The notes under the pieces are model-generated. The model was not told the origin of the DNA. It did no database searches and was given only the letters and a program-made list of their open reading frames with translations. From Mobula hypostoma (taxonomy: Eukaryota), in assembly GCF_963921235.1 (NCBI RefSeq), contig NC_086097.1, positions 166,968,001 through 167,032,000 on the forward strand: a stretch of DNA of 64,000 nucleotides, read 5' to 3'. Shown here one piece after another: positions 52,934 through 64,000 of this stretch. Within the stretch, counting starts at the first letter, position 1, and every line of letters begins with the position of its first letter. Position numbers and translations under genes: made by a program.

Positions 52934-54327
52934 ATGGATCGAGATAAGATTGTAAGCTGGTGTGAGTTAGAGGACGTACCGGTTAATCATGCATGCATGT
53001 TAAGTGGGGTGGATTTCTGCACTTCCAGAGATGTATTAGTGCGGGGGTTGAGTTTGATCAAAGGTATCAGGCAGGTAGAATTGATAGCTAGAAGGTGCGG
53101 TAAAGAAGTGGAATCCAGCTGGGTGTTGGTTTGTACGAGTGCTGACATCATGACATTGGAACTGCCAGCGACGGTCAGTGTCCAGGGGCAGGCGGGACTG
53201 TGGAGCCTCCACACCCTCCCAGAGGAAGAAAGTGAGGAGATACCGGAGGAGGAGCTAGATGAGACCCCAGGGGAGGTACCAGTAGCCAGTGGTGGGGGTC
53301 AGAGTGGGAAGGCTTGGCCAGGCCCCGTCCCCCAGCTAGAGGTGAGACTTTCGAGTTAGCAGCTGTCATTACCTCCCTGGTGAGAAGCGTCGAGAGGCCA
53401 CACCCAAAGCTGAGAATTTTCTCAGGAGCCATGCCCACCGCGGAGGGGGAGGATGACTATGATACATGAATTGAAAATACGTCACAGTTGTTAGAGGAGT
53501 AGCCAGGCTCGGATGAGGAAAAGAGACAGCGATTGGTGGAAAGTTTGAGGGGAGGGGCGGCCGGTGTCGTCCAGGAGCTGAAAGCTGAACAGCCCTTGGC
53601 TTTCCTGGCGGAGTATCTGGAAGCTTTGGAGGAAGCGTTTGGAATGTCGGGAGATTCCTGGGAGCTTTTAGCGGAGTTTCACCACATGTGGCAGGGTGGA
53701 GGGGAAAAGCTCTGAGAATACATTTTTCGGCTGGAGTGAATGCTTACTGGGTTGCGGCGCCGAGGGGTAGTGAAGGCAGATGAATTGGCGAGGTTGAGGA
53801 TGAGTCAGATATTTAGTGGTTCCCTGGAGGAGGACAAGGTGGCTTGGAGTCTCCAGCAGTCCTATAAAAGGAGCCCCCCTCCATCATTCGGGCAGCTGAT
53901 TAGAGAGGTGCGGGAGGATGAGAGCGCGTTGGGCCAGAAAGGGGGCTCTGGTCACCGGGGACGATCCTCAGTGGTACAGGAGGTGGTGGCTGGGTTAAGA
54001 ACTGAGAAACCCAAGGGGTCTCGGGGGGTAGGGGCCCCTCGCTTGAGAGAGTGGACAGGGAGAGTACCTCCTTTGAGGGACTGCCCCCGCAGTGGGCTCG
54101 GAGTGGCGGGCGTCTCGGGAGGAGAGGGGCGGGGGGGTAGCATGTGTTATAATTGTGGGAAAGAGGGGCATTTCCGGCGGGAATGTGAGCGGCCGGGGGT
54201 GTGCTACAGCTGTGGGGAAGAGGGTCACTTTCAGAGGGATTGAGAGAGACAAGGCGCCCCGCGGAGGGCAAGCCCCCGGGTGACTAAGAAGGGAGAGGTG
54301 TCGGGAAACTTAGGAGAGACTCAGTGA
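52934..54327 (+). pseudogene. PNMA-like Gag with two CCHC zinc knuckles (stops and frameshift)
   Basis: N-terminus IVSWCELEDVPVNHACMLSG; capsid block KLRIFSG..GEDDYDT*..EEKRQRLVESLRG; knuckles [14 protein letters not shown] and [13 protein letters not shown]. Confidence 0.85.
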
Positions 54328-54347
54328 GGGAACGCACTGGAGCCTCT
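54303..54347 (+). promoter_or_regulatory. Candidate -1 ribosomal frameshift signal (gag-pol)
   Basis: Slippery heptamer G GGA AAC in gag register, a 5-nt spacer, then hairpin AGAGACTCAGTG..CACTGGAGCCTCT. The -1 frame is open into the protease. Confidence 0.75.
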
Positions 54348-57187
54348 GGAGGAACACGTTCCCAGAAATCAGCCAAGAGTCCCCCGAAAGCCCAAGCCCT
54401 TATTCTGGATGGATTAGTGGGACCCCGTTCCAACGTGTCCCTACGGATAGAGGGAATCTTTGCAAGAACCATCCTTGACACAGGATTGCCCGCTACCTTA
54501 TGGTACCGGTCGTTCTACAACAAATATCTAAAGCATTTGCCAGTAACCCGGTTTAATGCCCTGGAGATTTGGGGTATAAGTGATGGGTACCTGTCAGTGA
54601 GATTGTAATTCTCGGAGGGTGATGTGGGAGTGTCTGAAGCCCTTGAGACGTTGGTGTTGGTTTGTCCGGACCCGGTGGAAACAGGTGGCGCTGCCCTCTT
54701 GTGCGACGGCTCCTGGGAGCCTGTAAGGAGAAGGCGGGGGAGAACTTTCTGGAGACCCTCTCGGTACACCCAGTGTTTCGAGCGGTGTTCAAAGAAGCAG
54801 GTGGCCACAGGGGGCTGGATCCTGAGTTCAAACGAGGGACGGTGTGGTGTACTCAGGCGAGGCCTAAAGTGATATGGCCAGGGGAGGTGGCACTAGTGAT
54901 GGGGACCCCCAGATTTCCTGGAGTACCAGCGGGCGAGGCCCTGTAGTGGACGCCCCGGAAGACCTTGAGGGGGAGTCCTGGTTCCCGGCTGGGGTACTGG
55001 TGAGACCTGAATTGCAGAGGCCCTCAGCTGTACAGGCACGGTGGATGGGGGTAATTGTAAGGAACACAATGGAGAGGGAGATCACCTTTAAGCACGGGAT
55101 GCCCCTCGCGCACTTGTTCCTACGGTGATGTCTAGCGCCCCCGTGAGGCTCACTGGAGGAAAACTATTGGAGAACAGGGGGCAGCTGACCAAGGAGGCCT
55201 TTAATTTTGAGGACTCCCCTGTACCGCCAGAGTATAAGAGCAGGCTGGTGAAGAAGATGCTGAAGCTAGGGATGTCTTTTCTCAGGGCGAGTTTGATGTG
55301 GGATGTTCCAAGAGCACTCGTCACACTATCCGGGTGACAAATGACACCCCGTTCAGAGAAAGGTCGCAGCAGTTGGCCCCAGCAGATGTGGAAGATGTGC
55401 GCAGTTGAAGGATGCAGGGATTATCGAGAAGTCCCGGAGCCCCTACGCGTCCCCCATAGTAGTGGCTAGGAAGAAAAATGGGAAGGTACGCATGTGCGTG
55501 GACTATAGGACCCTGAACCGGCACACTGTCTCCGACCAGTATATGGTCCCGAAGGCAAAGCACGCCTCAGTGCCCCTACTACTGAAAGAGTGGCCTTGGT
55601 TGAAGCTGAAGAACGAAATCTTGGTATCGGGTCACGTCGCCCCTGGACCACCCCCGGCGCTGGCAGCTGGTTATGCCTGAGAAGTATTGGAAGACTGTGC
55701 TCCAGGCACTACATGATGATTCTGGGCACTTGGGAGTAGTGAAGACCTATGGATTACTCAAGGACCAGTTTTACTGGCCCTGGATGAAGGGGGGAGGTTG
55801 AAGAATACTGTAAGAAATGCAGTCGCTGCATCCGGAGGAAGACCCTGTCTGCGCAGGCGGCTCCTTTGTCCCACTTGCAGAGTGCGGGACCCATGGACCT
55901 AGTGGGTATGGATTTCCTGTCTATTGAGCCAGACATCAGCAACGCTGTGAATGTCTTAGTCATCACGGATCACTACACTACATATGCTCAGGCCGTTCCC
56001 ACTAAGGACCAGAAAGCGACTACAGTGGCGAAGGTGTTATGGGAGAAGTACTTTGTTCATTATGGCCTCCCCATGCAGATCCATAGTGATCAGGAACGGG
56101 ACTTTGAGAGCAGGCTTATCCATGAATTAATGGGTATGCTTGGGGTCAAGAAATCCAGGACCACACCCTATCACCTGCAGGGTAATCCTCAGCCCAGTAG
56201 GTTTAACCGAACCCTGTTGGACATGCTCGGGTCTCTGGAAATCGGTCAGAAGAGTAAGTGGAGTCAGCACAAGGGGCATTTGGTTCACTGTTACAATTGT
56301 ACTCGCAATGACGCTACAGGGTACTCGCCTTATTATCTGACATTCGGGCGGGAAGCGAGATTGCCCATTGACCTTTGTTTTGGGACTGAAGCGGCTGAAT
56401 TACCTTCGAAGCCCTGTCTGAAGTACGTGTCCGATATGAGGAGAGAGTTGAAAAGGGTGTACAAGTTGGCTGAGGTGGCGACCACCAAGTAGAATCAAAG
56501 GAATAAGAGGAGGTATGATCAGAAAGTGAAGTTCACCCAACTATTGCTGGGAGACCGGGTCCTTATCCGGAATTTAGGACTACCTGGTAAGCACAAGTTG
56601 GCGGATCGCTGGGCGGCCACCCCCTATGTGGTGGAGAGTCAGACACCGAATCTACTCGTTTACCGGGTGAGACCCGAGGATGGGAAGGGGCCTGTCAAGG
56701 TACTCCATTGGAACCACCTGTTGCCTCTGGGTCAAGAGGTGCAGGTAGACCAAGAGCCCGAATGGGAGTTTACGCCTAGTACGAGGATTCTGCGAGGGCG
56801 CGGGGCGAGGGAAGAACCCGCTGTGAAAGACACGGGACCGTCCCCACCCCGGAAAGGGACACTGCTTCGGAAGACGATGATTCGGATGTGTGGCACCTGT
56901 TTCCTTTCGCTAATTCCCCGGTACCGGAAGAAGAGGCTCCTGGCCCTTCCCCCACTGAGTTAGGTGAGAGGAGGGAGGGTGTTGAGGAGCAGCCTGAGAT
57001 ACAGCTGGCATTGGGGGGAGAAAGGATGGAACCAGAACCCGAGACAGAGGGCTCACAGGTGCCGAGTGGTCCCAGTGAGGGAGAGGGTGAGGGTCCGACA
57101 GGCAGGCCCGGGGTGTCACCCGTGGTGTCTGAGCCAGAAGGGTCAGCAGAGGAGGTACAGAGGTCTCAGAGAAGTAGGCACCCCTGA
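54303..57187 (+). pseudogene. Gypsy pol remnant: protease, RT N-terminus only, integrase
   Basis: Protease ILDTG; RT SPYASPIVVARKKNGKVRMCVDYRTLN; integrase HHCC (HDDSGH..CKKCSRC), core (GMDF..IHSDQ..RFNRTL) and GPY/F-like KLADRWAATPYVV. Confidence 0.9.
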
Positions 57188-57338
57188 GAGAGATTGACCT
57201 ATACAGCGCCGGGAGAGCAGGGTGTGATCTCTACTGCCCTGGGAAGTTATGTCACTGCTTTATGCACCAGGGTTGGGTTTTGTGTTTTTCAAGGAGAAAT
57301 GGTGAACTCTGTTAATGTCATGAGAGCATGACTTATTT

Positions 57339-57352
57339 GGTGGGGGGAAGAG
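57339..57352 (+). promoter_or_regulatory. Polypurine tract
   Basis: GGTGGGGGGAAGAG immediately before the 3' LTR. Confidence 0.85.
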
Positions 57353-57947
57353 TGTAAGCAGTTTCTTCTTTTATGTTACTGCGTATGTTAATCAAAATGG
57401 CTTCTTTGTTATATTAAATGCTGAGAAGGTTCTCTCACTGCAGTTTGTTTGGGTTATCTTATTGATAAGAGTATGAATGAACTAATGGGTGTCCATGTTA
57501 TTCTTTTTTTGGGTGATATTCTGTCTCATATAGCTGGGAACTGGTGTTTTTGGCGGGCTTTTGGAGGAGAGACCGGGAGTAAGACGGACGTACTGGGAGC
57601 GCTCTGCTCGATCACTTTGGGTGGTCCCGAGCTGCGAGTCGAGGGGGTCGGCGTGGATCGCAGGGTGAAGAGAGACGGTCCCGGGCATTTGAGCTCCAAC
57701 TGTGTGCATGATAAGTCTGGCACCTTTTTCTTTTCCTTTTATATTGTATCTCTATTAATCTCATAGTCCTAGTAAGATTTATAAAGTGTAATGTGTAAAA
57801 TGTACATTGTGTGTGGGGGTCTGATGATTGATGTTTGAAGCTGAATCAGGTGGCATTGCACAGCAACTGACACAACCGGGAGTCAAGGTTGGGCAGCAGA
57901 CGGGGTTTCCCCTAGATAAATACGAGCCAATATAGCTGAGCGTTACA
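57353..57947 (+). repeat. 3' LTR
   Basis: Direct repeat of 52267-52862. Confidence 0.95.
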
Positions 57948-59109
57948 TAAGTTATTGCTATAGTTTGCAAACAGCTGGTGTTCAAGCATGAATCTCCATG
58001 GAAACTCTGGTCTCATTTCTAACCTGATACCTCCTGTTTCCCAATTGTTAACGAGAATATTATCCTCATTTCATGTGCTCTATTTAGTTTAATATTCTCT
58101 TCTGGGATTCCTTATTGAATGTCTTCTTAAAGTCTGTACTGGTTCATCTTTACCTAATCTACTTGTTACAATCTTGAATAACATCAGTCAGTAATTGCTT
58201 TATTAGTCTGCTTTGACTCTGCCTGATCCTATCTTCTTACTGACTTGTTACCACTTCTTTAATAATAGGTTCCAGCATTCTTCCTACTTCTGAGCAGACA
58301 AACTGCTGTATAGTATTTTTTTATTTATTAGCTTTATATGTCAAATGAACATAGAAAGATGTAGGGAAATGTGTTGTTTGAATCCAATCGAATTAGCGAG
58401 GATTGTGCTGGGTAGCCGGCAAATTGAGCCCTGCTTCTGGTTCAGACATAGCATGCCCACAACTCACTAACCCTAACTGGTGGAAAATCTAAGATTCAGA
58501 AGCAGAGTGAAGTTGGGAAGCATGAAAAAACTTTGATAGAAAGATGGGACTCTCTTCCACAAACAGCTGATAGCATGTCCATCATTCACACTAAGATTAA
58601 CACCAACCCTCTTGCTTTAAATCTCCTTCATAACAACTCAGAGATCTCTATACCCAATGGTGTATGGCAAAGCAGGACAATTGTGAAACAAAAATAAAAA
58701 CTGGTTTTGGAAACACTCTGCAGGTCAGGCAGCACCTGCAGGAAGAGAAGCAGAATTCATATCAAACTGATCTGTACAAAACGAGCTCTTGCTAGACACA
58801 ATCTGATAATGACAAGATTCACACTGATTAAGGGAAATTACTGGCCAGGACACTAGGGATGGATCCAAACTAGTATCCTTTTGCTATCACTGATAAAGCA
58901 GAGGAAACTTTAGTTTAATGACTCATCTGAAAAAAAAGGCACAACTAGTCATGTAGCATGCCCACAAGACCTGGAAAATGACCTGTTGCTATATTCAAAC
59001 ACATTTGGTAAATGGCTTATTTCTATGGACTACTTTTTTTTTCCAGACATTATTTGTAATTATAATGGATGTTAGCAAGAAAGGGAGACAATGACATTTC
59101 AAGACTCTT

Positions 59110-59645
59110 GTAGAGAGTTGGATGTTACATCTGCACAAGTCATTGGTAAGAATACTCTTGGGGTATTGTGTTCATTTCAGATTGCCCAGCTTTTGGAAGA
59201 ATGTCATTAAGCTGAAAAGGTGGCAAGGAAGGTTCACGAGGACATCGCCAGGACTAGAGGGTTTGAGTTATAAGGAGAGAATAGATGGGCTGGGGACTTT
59301 TTATCCCCAGAGCATAGGAGGCTGAGGGGTAACAGTAGATATTTATAAAATCACAAGGGGTATAAGACCATAAAACAATGGAGCAGAATTAGGCCATTTG
59401 GCCATCAAGTCTGCTACCTGTTCATAGCTGATTTATATTCTCTTTCAACCCCTTTCTCCTGCCTTCTTCCTGTAACTTTTGACAACTTCACTCATCAAGA
59501 ATTTATCAATCTCCATTTGAAATATACCCAATGACTTTACCTCCACAATTGTCGGTGGCAATGAATTCCAGAAATTCACCATCCGCTGACTAAAGAAGTT
59601 CTTTTCTGTTCTAAAGAAATTCTTATCTGTTCCAAAGGGATGCCT
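59110..59645. mobile_element. Two abutting CR1 fragments in opposite orientation
   Basis: Plus strand LHKSLVRILLGYCVHF..; minus strand KNFFSQRMVNFWNSLP with a CR1 tail at about 59365. Confidence 0.7.
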
Positions 59646-59649
59646 TTTA

Positions 59650-60138
59650 CACTCAGTGACCACTTTATTGGGTACAGAAATAGAACGGTCTTCTGCCGTT
59701 CTAGCTCATAAACTTCAGGATTTGACTTGTTGGGCGTTAAGAGATGCTCTTCTGCACACCAATGTTGTAACAAATGGCTGTTTGAGGTACTGTCACCTTG
59801 TCAGCTTTAACCAGTGTGGCCATTCTCCTCCAACTTCTTTCATTAACAAGACACTTTTGCCCATAAATCTGCCCCTCACTTGATGCTTTTTGCTTTTTGA
59901 ACCTTTCTCTGTAAACTCTAGGGACTGCTTGTGCATTAAAATCCCAGCAAATCAGCAGTTTCTGAGATATTAAAACACCCAGTTTGGAACTTAGATCACA
60001 TTTCTTCACCATTCTGATATTTGGTCTGAACAACAAATGATCCTCTTCACCATGTCTGCATGCGTTTATGCATGAGTTGCTGCCACATGATTGTCTGATT
60101 AGATATTCACATTAACAACTACATGTACAGGTGTACCT
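59650..60138 (-). mobile_element. Tc1-like non-autonomous transposon; other TIR lost at the LINE junction
   Basis: TA-CACTCAGTGACCACTTTATT TIR. Reverse complement is homologous to 35472-36007. Confidence 0.75.
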
Positions 60139-60139
60139 G

Positions 60140-61325
60140 ATTAGATTCAACTTTGTCATTGCACCGACTACAGATACAAAGCCAATGAAATGCAGTTAGC
60201 ATCTGACCAGAAATGCAAAGAATAGTGTTATTTACAAAATAACTGCAAATAAAAAGTGCTACAGCACACAAATATAAAAGTACTGAGTCAGTACAATATG
60301 GATGCAATACTGCTTAGCGCTGTGATGTGAGGTTCAGCAGGGTCACAGCCTCAGGGAAGAAGCTCTTCTTGTGCCTGCTGGTGTGGGAGTGGAGGCTCCT
60401 GTAGCATCTACTGGATGGGAGAAGAGTAAAAAGTCCATGGTTAGGGTGAGATGCATCCTTGATAATGCTTTTCGCCCTGCCCAGGCAGCGCTTATGGTAG
60501 ATGTTCTTAATGGTGGACAATTGGGTGCCGATAATCCGCTGGGCAGTTTTCACCACACACTGGAGTGCTTTGTGGTCCGATACAGGACAATTGCCATACC
60601 ACACTGAGATGCAGTTGGTGGGTAAGCTCTCAATGGTACAGCGGTAAAAGTCCATTAGTATCCTGGGACAGAAGTGAGCTTTTTTGATGCTCCGCAGGAA
60701 ATAAAGGCTCTGTTGCACCTTTTTGACCAGGATGGAGGAGTTCAGGGACCAGGTGAGATCCTCGGAAATGTGGACACCAAGGAATTTGAAGTTTGATACA
60801 CGCTCCACTACAGCTCCGTTGATGTAGATGGGGACATGAGTGTGGTTCCTAGCATGCCTGAAGTCCACAATGATCTCCTTGGTCTTCTGGGTGTTAAGGG
60901 CCAGATTGTTGTCGGCACACCACGTGGCCAGGTGCTGGACCTTGTCCCTGTAGGCCGTCTCATCATCCCCTCTGATCAGGCCAACCACCATGGTGTCATC
61001 TGCGAACTTGATTATGGAGTTAGAACCATGTACAGGAACGCAGTCATAGGTGAAAAGGGAGTACAGAACAGGGCTCAGCACACAGCCTTGAGGCATGTCA
61101 GTGTTCAGGGTGAGAGTGGAGGAGGAGAGGTTGTCTAACTTAACTGATGGGGGTCTGTTAGTCAGAAAGTCCAAGGTCCAATTGCAGAGGGATGAGCTGC
61201 TACCAAGCTGGTGAAGTTTGGCGATCAGCTTGGAGGGGATCACAGTATTGAATGCTGAACTGAAGTCAATGAACAGCATTCTGAAGTAAGAGTTGGAGCT
61301 GTCCAGGTGGGTCAGGGCAGAGTGA
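60140..61325 (-). mobile_element. 5'-truncated Rex1/Babar-type LINE with an open 321-aa RT C-terminal frame (60314-61279)
   Basis: [53 protein letters not shown]. Uninterrupted to the stop, followed by a 3' UTR. Confidence 0.9.
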
Positions 61326-62231
61326 CCCTCAAGTCCCTTTGCAGGGACAATTACAATGTTTAAATGACATTTGGATAGGTTATTGATAGAAAAGGTCTAG
61401 AAGAATATGGGCCAAACAAAGGCAAATGGCTCAAATCACGGTAGACATGGACAAGTTGACTGAAAAGCCTGTTCATTACTGTACAACTCTAAAAATCAAC
61501 TACTCTGTATTTCTTAAGACATTAAGGGCAATTCAGCCCATTGAATCTATGCTGGCTGACAGCCTGAATTTCCCTTCACATGTCCAACACTCCACACATA
61601 CTCTATTGCCAACCACCTACACTGGTGATCACTTACCTACCAAATGATCTACCCAAGAGCATGTCTCTATGATGTGGGAGGAAATTGAATCACTGAGAGT
61701 TGAAAACACACAAAATGCAGGAGAAACTCAGCAGGTCAGGCAGCATCTATGGAAATGAATAAAGAGTTGATGTTTTGGGCCAAGACACTTCATCAGGGCT
61801 GGGAGTTACAGGTTGAGTTGGAAGGAAAGCAAATGCAATGCTAGAATCTATTTCAAGAGGAATTAGAATATATAAGTGCTGGGAGTTACCCCACCAGGTC
61901 ATGGGGAGAACAGAAAAACCATGTACCTTCCAGAACCTAAAGTTAAGATTGAACCGGGAGCCAAGTGGTAGCAGTACAACCTGCTTTGCCAATGTGAAGC
62001 TTCATTCAAAAATCACCATGCATGACAAGCACACTCAGACGGAAGCTGCAGGCTACGGCCATCTGGAATTTCCTAAATCTTGGTGGCAGGCTAAAATTCA
62101 AAAGTTAATATTGAATAATACATTTTCAAAACACAATTGGCTTCTGAGAGGGGGAAATACTGTCTAATGGACATAGCAATTGTAGGGTGTATTATTCTAT
62201 GTCAACATCTCACATGTGTCAGTAATTTTAT

Positions 62232-62799
62232 TGCAACGTGCTGTAAGGTTTCACTGCTAATGTGATGGCTTCTTTGTAATGTTCACTGCTGAGGTAACGG
62301 TTTCTCTGTAGCAGCAATGTTTGGATTACGGCTGGAGATAACAGGATTCATGTTAGCCAATAAGAGATTGTTGCTGTGTCTTGTGAAGCTGGAAAAATGC
62401 TTTTTTGCGGTCTTTTGTCAAGGAGAGGTGAAGAGAGAGGACACGTGTGGAGAGAGCTGGTAGACCACCAGATGCAGTGGACTGGGATCTGAGGATCAGA
62501 AGGTCGGCGATGCTCGGAGGAGATTGATGGTGGAAGAAAGGCTACGGAGTGAGCCCCAACGTGAACTTTTGACTTGACTTGGGCCCTTTTTTAATTTTCA
62601 TTATGAATCTTAATCTGAATATAGGGTTAGTAAATTTCAATCATTTAATTGCATATGGTGTACTGTCTGATATTTTGTGTTTGCGTTTGTAACTGGGGGT
62701 ACATTACATAGCATCCACACAAACATGATTTCCCAGTTTGGCGGGGCGGAAGGCTTTTTTCTCTAGACGAACACGAGCTGGGCGAGCCTGCGGGTTACA
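62232..62799 (+). mobile_element. Solo LTR (568 bp) related to the Gypsy LTRs
   Basis: TGCAAC...GTTACA termini, flanks TTAT/TTAC. Shares ATGGCTTCTTTGT, GAGC.CCAAC and CTAGA...ACGAGC with 52267-52862. Confidence 0.8.
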
Positions 62800-63809
62800 T
62801 TACGATCCTACCCTGACAGGCACTTCAATAAAGTAAGCTTAGCATGCACATTTTCTTTGCTCCAGTTTCAGTGTGTGCATCATTCTGGGGCCTGTACCTG
62901 CTCAGAGTGATATGAATCTGACTGCACTGCATTTTACAGCTGGCTCCTTTATTTCGCTCCATTCAAACAAAGCACAGCAGAGTGTTTGAGGCTCACACAC
63001 ATGCACAGTACTCTCCGCGCCAGCATAAAAGTATCAGTTACATTTTTTCACATTAGCCGCAGAGCCAACAAAACTTGCAGCTCTGCCAAAACTTAACGGT
63101 TGCAGAATGACCTTTCTCTAAATCCCAGGCAAGCCCAACCTTGCCAAGGTTTGTTTTATGATGCTTGCAAGGACAGTCAGTGAAAAATGGAGGTAATTTT
63201 GACCTGGAGGCCATCTCGCATTGTTCTCCAGAACTCAGCTGGCCTCTTCACACCTTACTTCCCCAGCAATCCCATTCCCCTTGTAACCTCACCCTACCCC
63301 ACCAATTTATCCTTTGTGATCTTCCCTAACACTGACAAAGAGGTTTCAGTGACATACTCAATACGAACGCTGACAAGTACAGCAGAGTAACATAAAGAAC
63401 AATACCTTGTCGATCCTTTCTTGGGCAATAATCACAAAATATGCTGTGATCACAAAAAAAAAACACTTGTGTAAGAACTGTGAAATAAAAAGCAGATGTT
63501 TTGGATTGTGTGGCTATTGATGACAGAAAGTCTGTAGCAGAATAAACAGTTAGAAAATATATAGCACAGTAGCTCTCTTCAATTCTCATACTGCATTCCT
63601 ACACGTTCAATATAAAGGCCCAGCAACATAATGACATCTAATATTTTGCATTTATTGTCATTATAGTTCATTTTAGTTTTCAGAAGTTTAATTTTCCATG
63701 TTGTCATGCACAACCTGTAATACAGATCTGTATTTCACAATTTTTGATGTTGAGAGCAAGTGGGGAGAGAGAAGAGGGAGCAGAGGCTGAGAATACAGTG
63801 TTGCCCATT

Positions 63810-64000
63810 TAATAGTGAAATAAGGAGGAATTTCCTCTCTCCCAGGGTCTTGAATCTTTGGAATCCTTGATCTCAACAGCTGTAGTGTCTGAATCACTGA
63901 ATACATTCAAGTTTATGCTGGACAGAATTTTGGACTGTAAAGGATTTAAGGGTTATGGAGAACTGGCCAAAACTGAAGGTGGAATTGAAGCCAAGACTAG
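63810..64000 (+). mobile_element. Old CR1 3' fragment running off the window
   Basis: Decayed EIRRNF.SPRVLNLWN motif. Confidence 0.6.

Larger units (their letters stand above)
52267..57947 (+). mobile_element. Gypsy/Ty3 LTR retrotransposon provirus, degenerate and internally deleted
   Basis: Paired LTRs of about 595 bp with TGTAA...TTACA termini. TSD TAAG at 52263-52266 and 57948-57951. PBS and PPT present; domain order gag-PR-RT(part)-IN. Confidence 0.95.

Noticed and set aside
53460..53505. Two Trp-to-stop (G to A) changes in gag suggesting deaminase hypermutation
   Set aside because: Only two events; the other stops have different origins; cannot be judged without a family consensus.
56888..57330. 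Possible env-like ORF after integrase
   Set aside because: It is an acidic, low-complexity integrase tail with no signal peptide or transmembrane segment, and too short.
11201..61800. Recurrent TCTGCAGATGCTGG.. repeat as a possible CRISPR-like array
   Set aside because: The copies are dispersed, have individual TSDs and match the PLE terminus. There is no spacer periodicity and the context is eukaryotic.
61765..61800. Additional hammerhead copy
   Set aside because: The GAAA core is mutated to AAAA and stem III is lost, so it is counted only as a decayed relic.

Overview
Eukaryotic, repeat-dense DNA. The repeat repertoire (CR1, Rex1/Babar-type LINEs, V-type SINEs, Penelope-like elements) suggests a cartilaginous fish such as a ray or shark; this is an inference. 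The only recognisable host coding sequence is a 126-nt minus-strand exon (42870-42995) matching PIEZO2 coding exon 3. I found no flanking PIEZO exons, so the rest is probably two very large introns. These hold nested mobile elements: a young, almost intact CR1 LINE and older CR1 copies; a Gypsy provirus with PNMA-like Gag, tRNA-Pro PBS, a -1 frameshift signal and an RT/RNase H deletion; four solo LTRs; Penelope-like elements (PLEs); and Tigger, Tc1, mariner and hAT-like non-autonomous DNA transposons. The most interesting signal is a set of minimal type I hammerhead ribozymes carried by PLE-derived insertions, some only about 130-160 bp long with their own TSDs. The four core-intact copies all lie on the PIEZO2 pre-mRNA strand. 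All alignments were done by eye, and the ends of old fragments are approximate.
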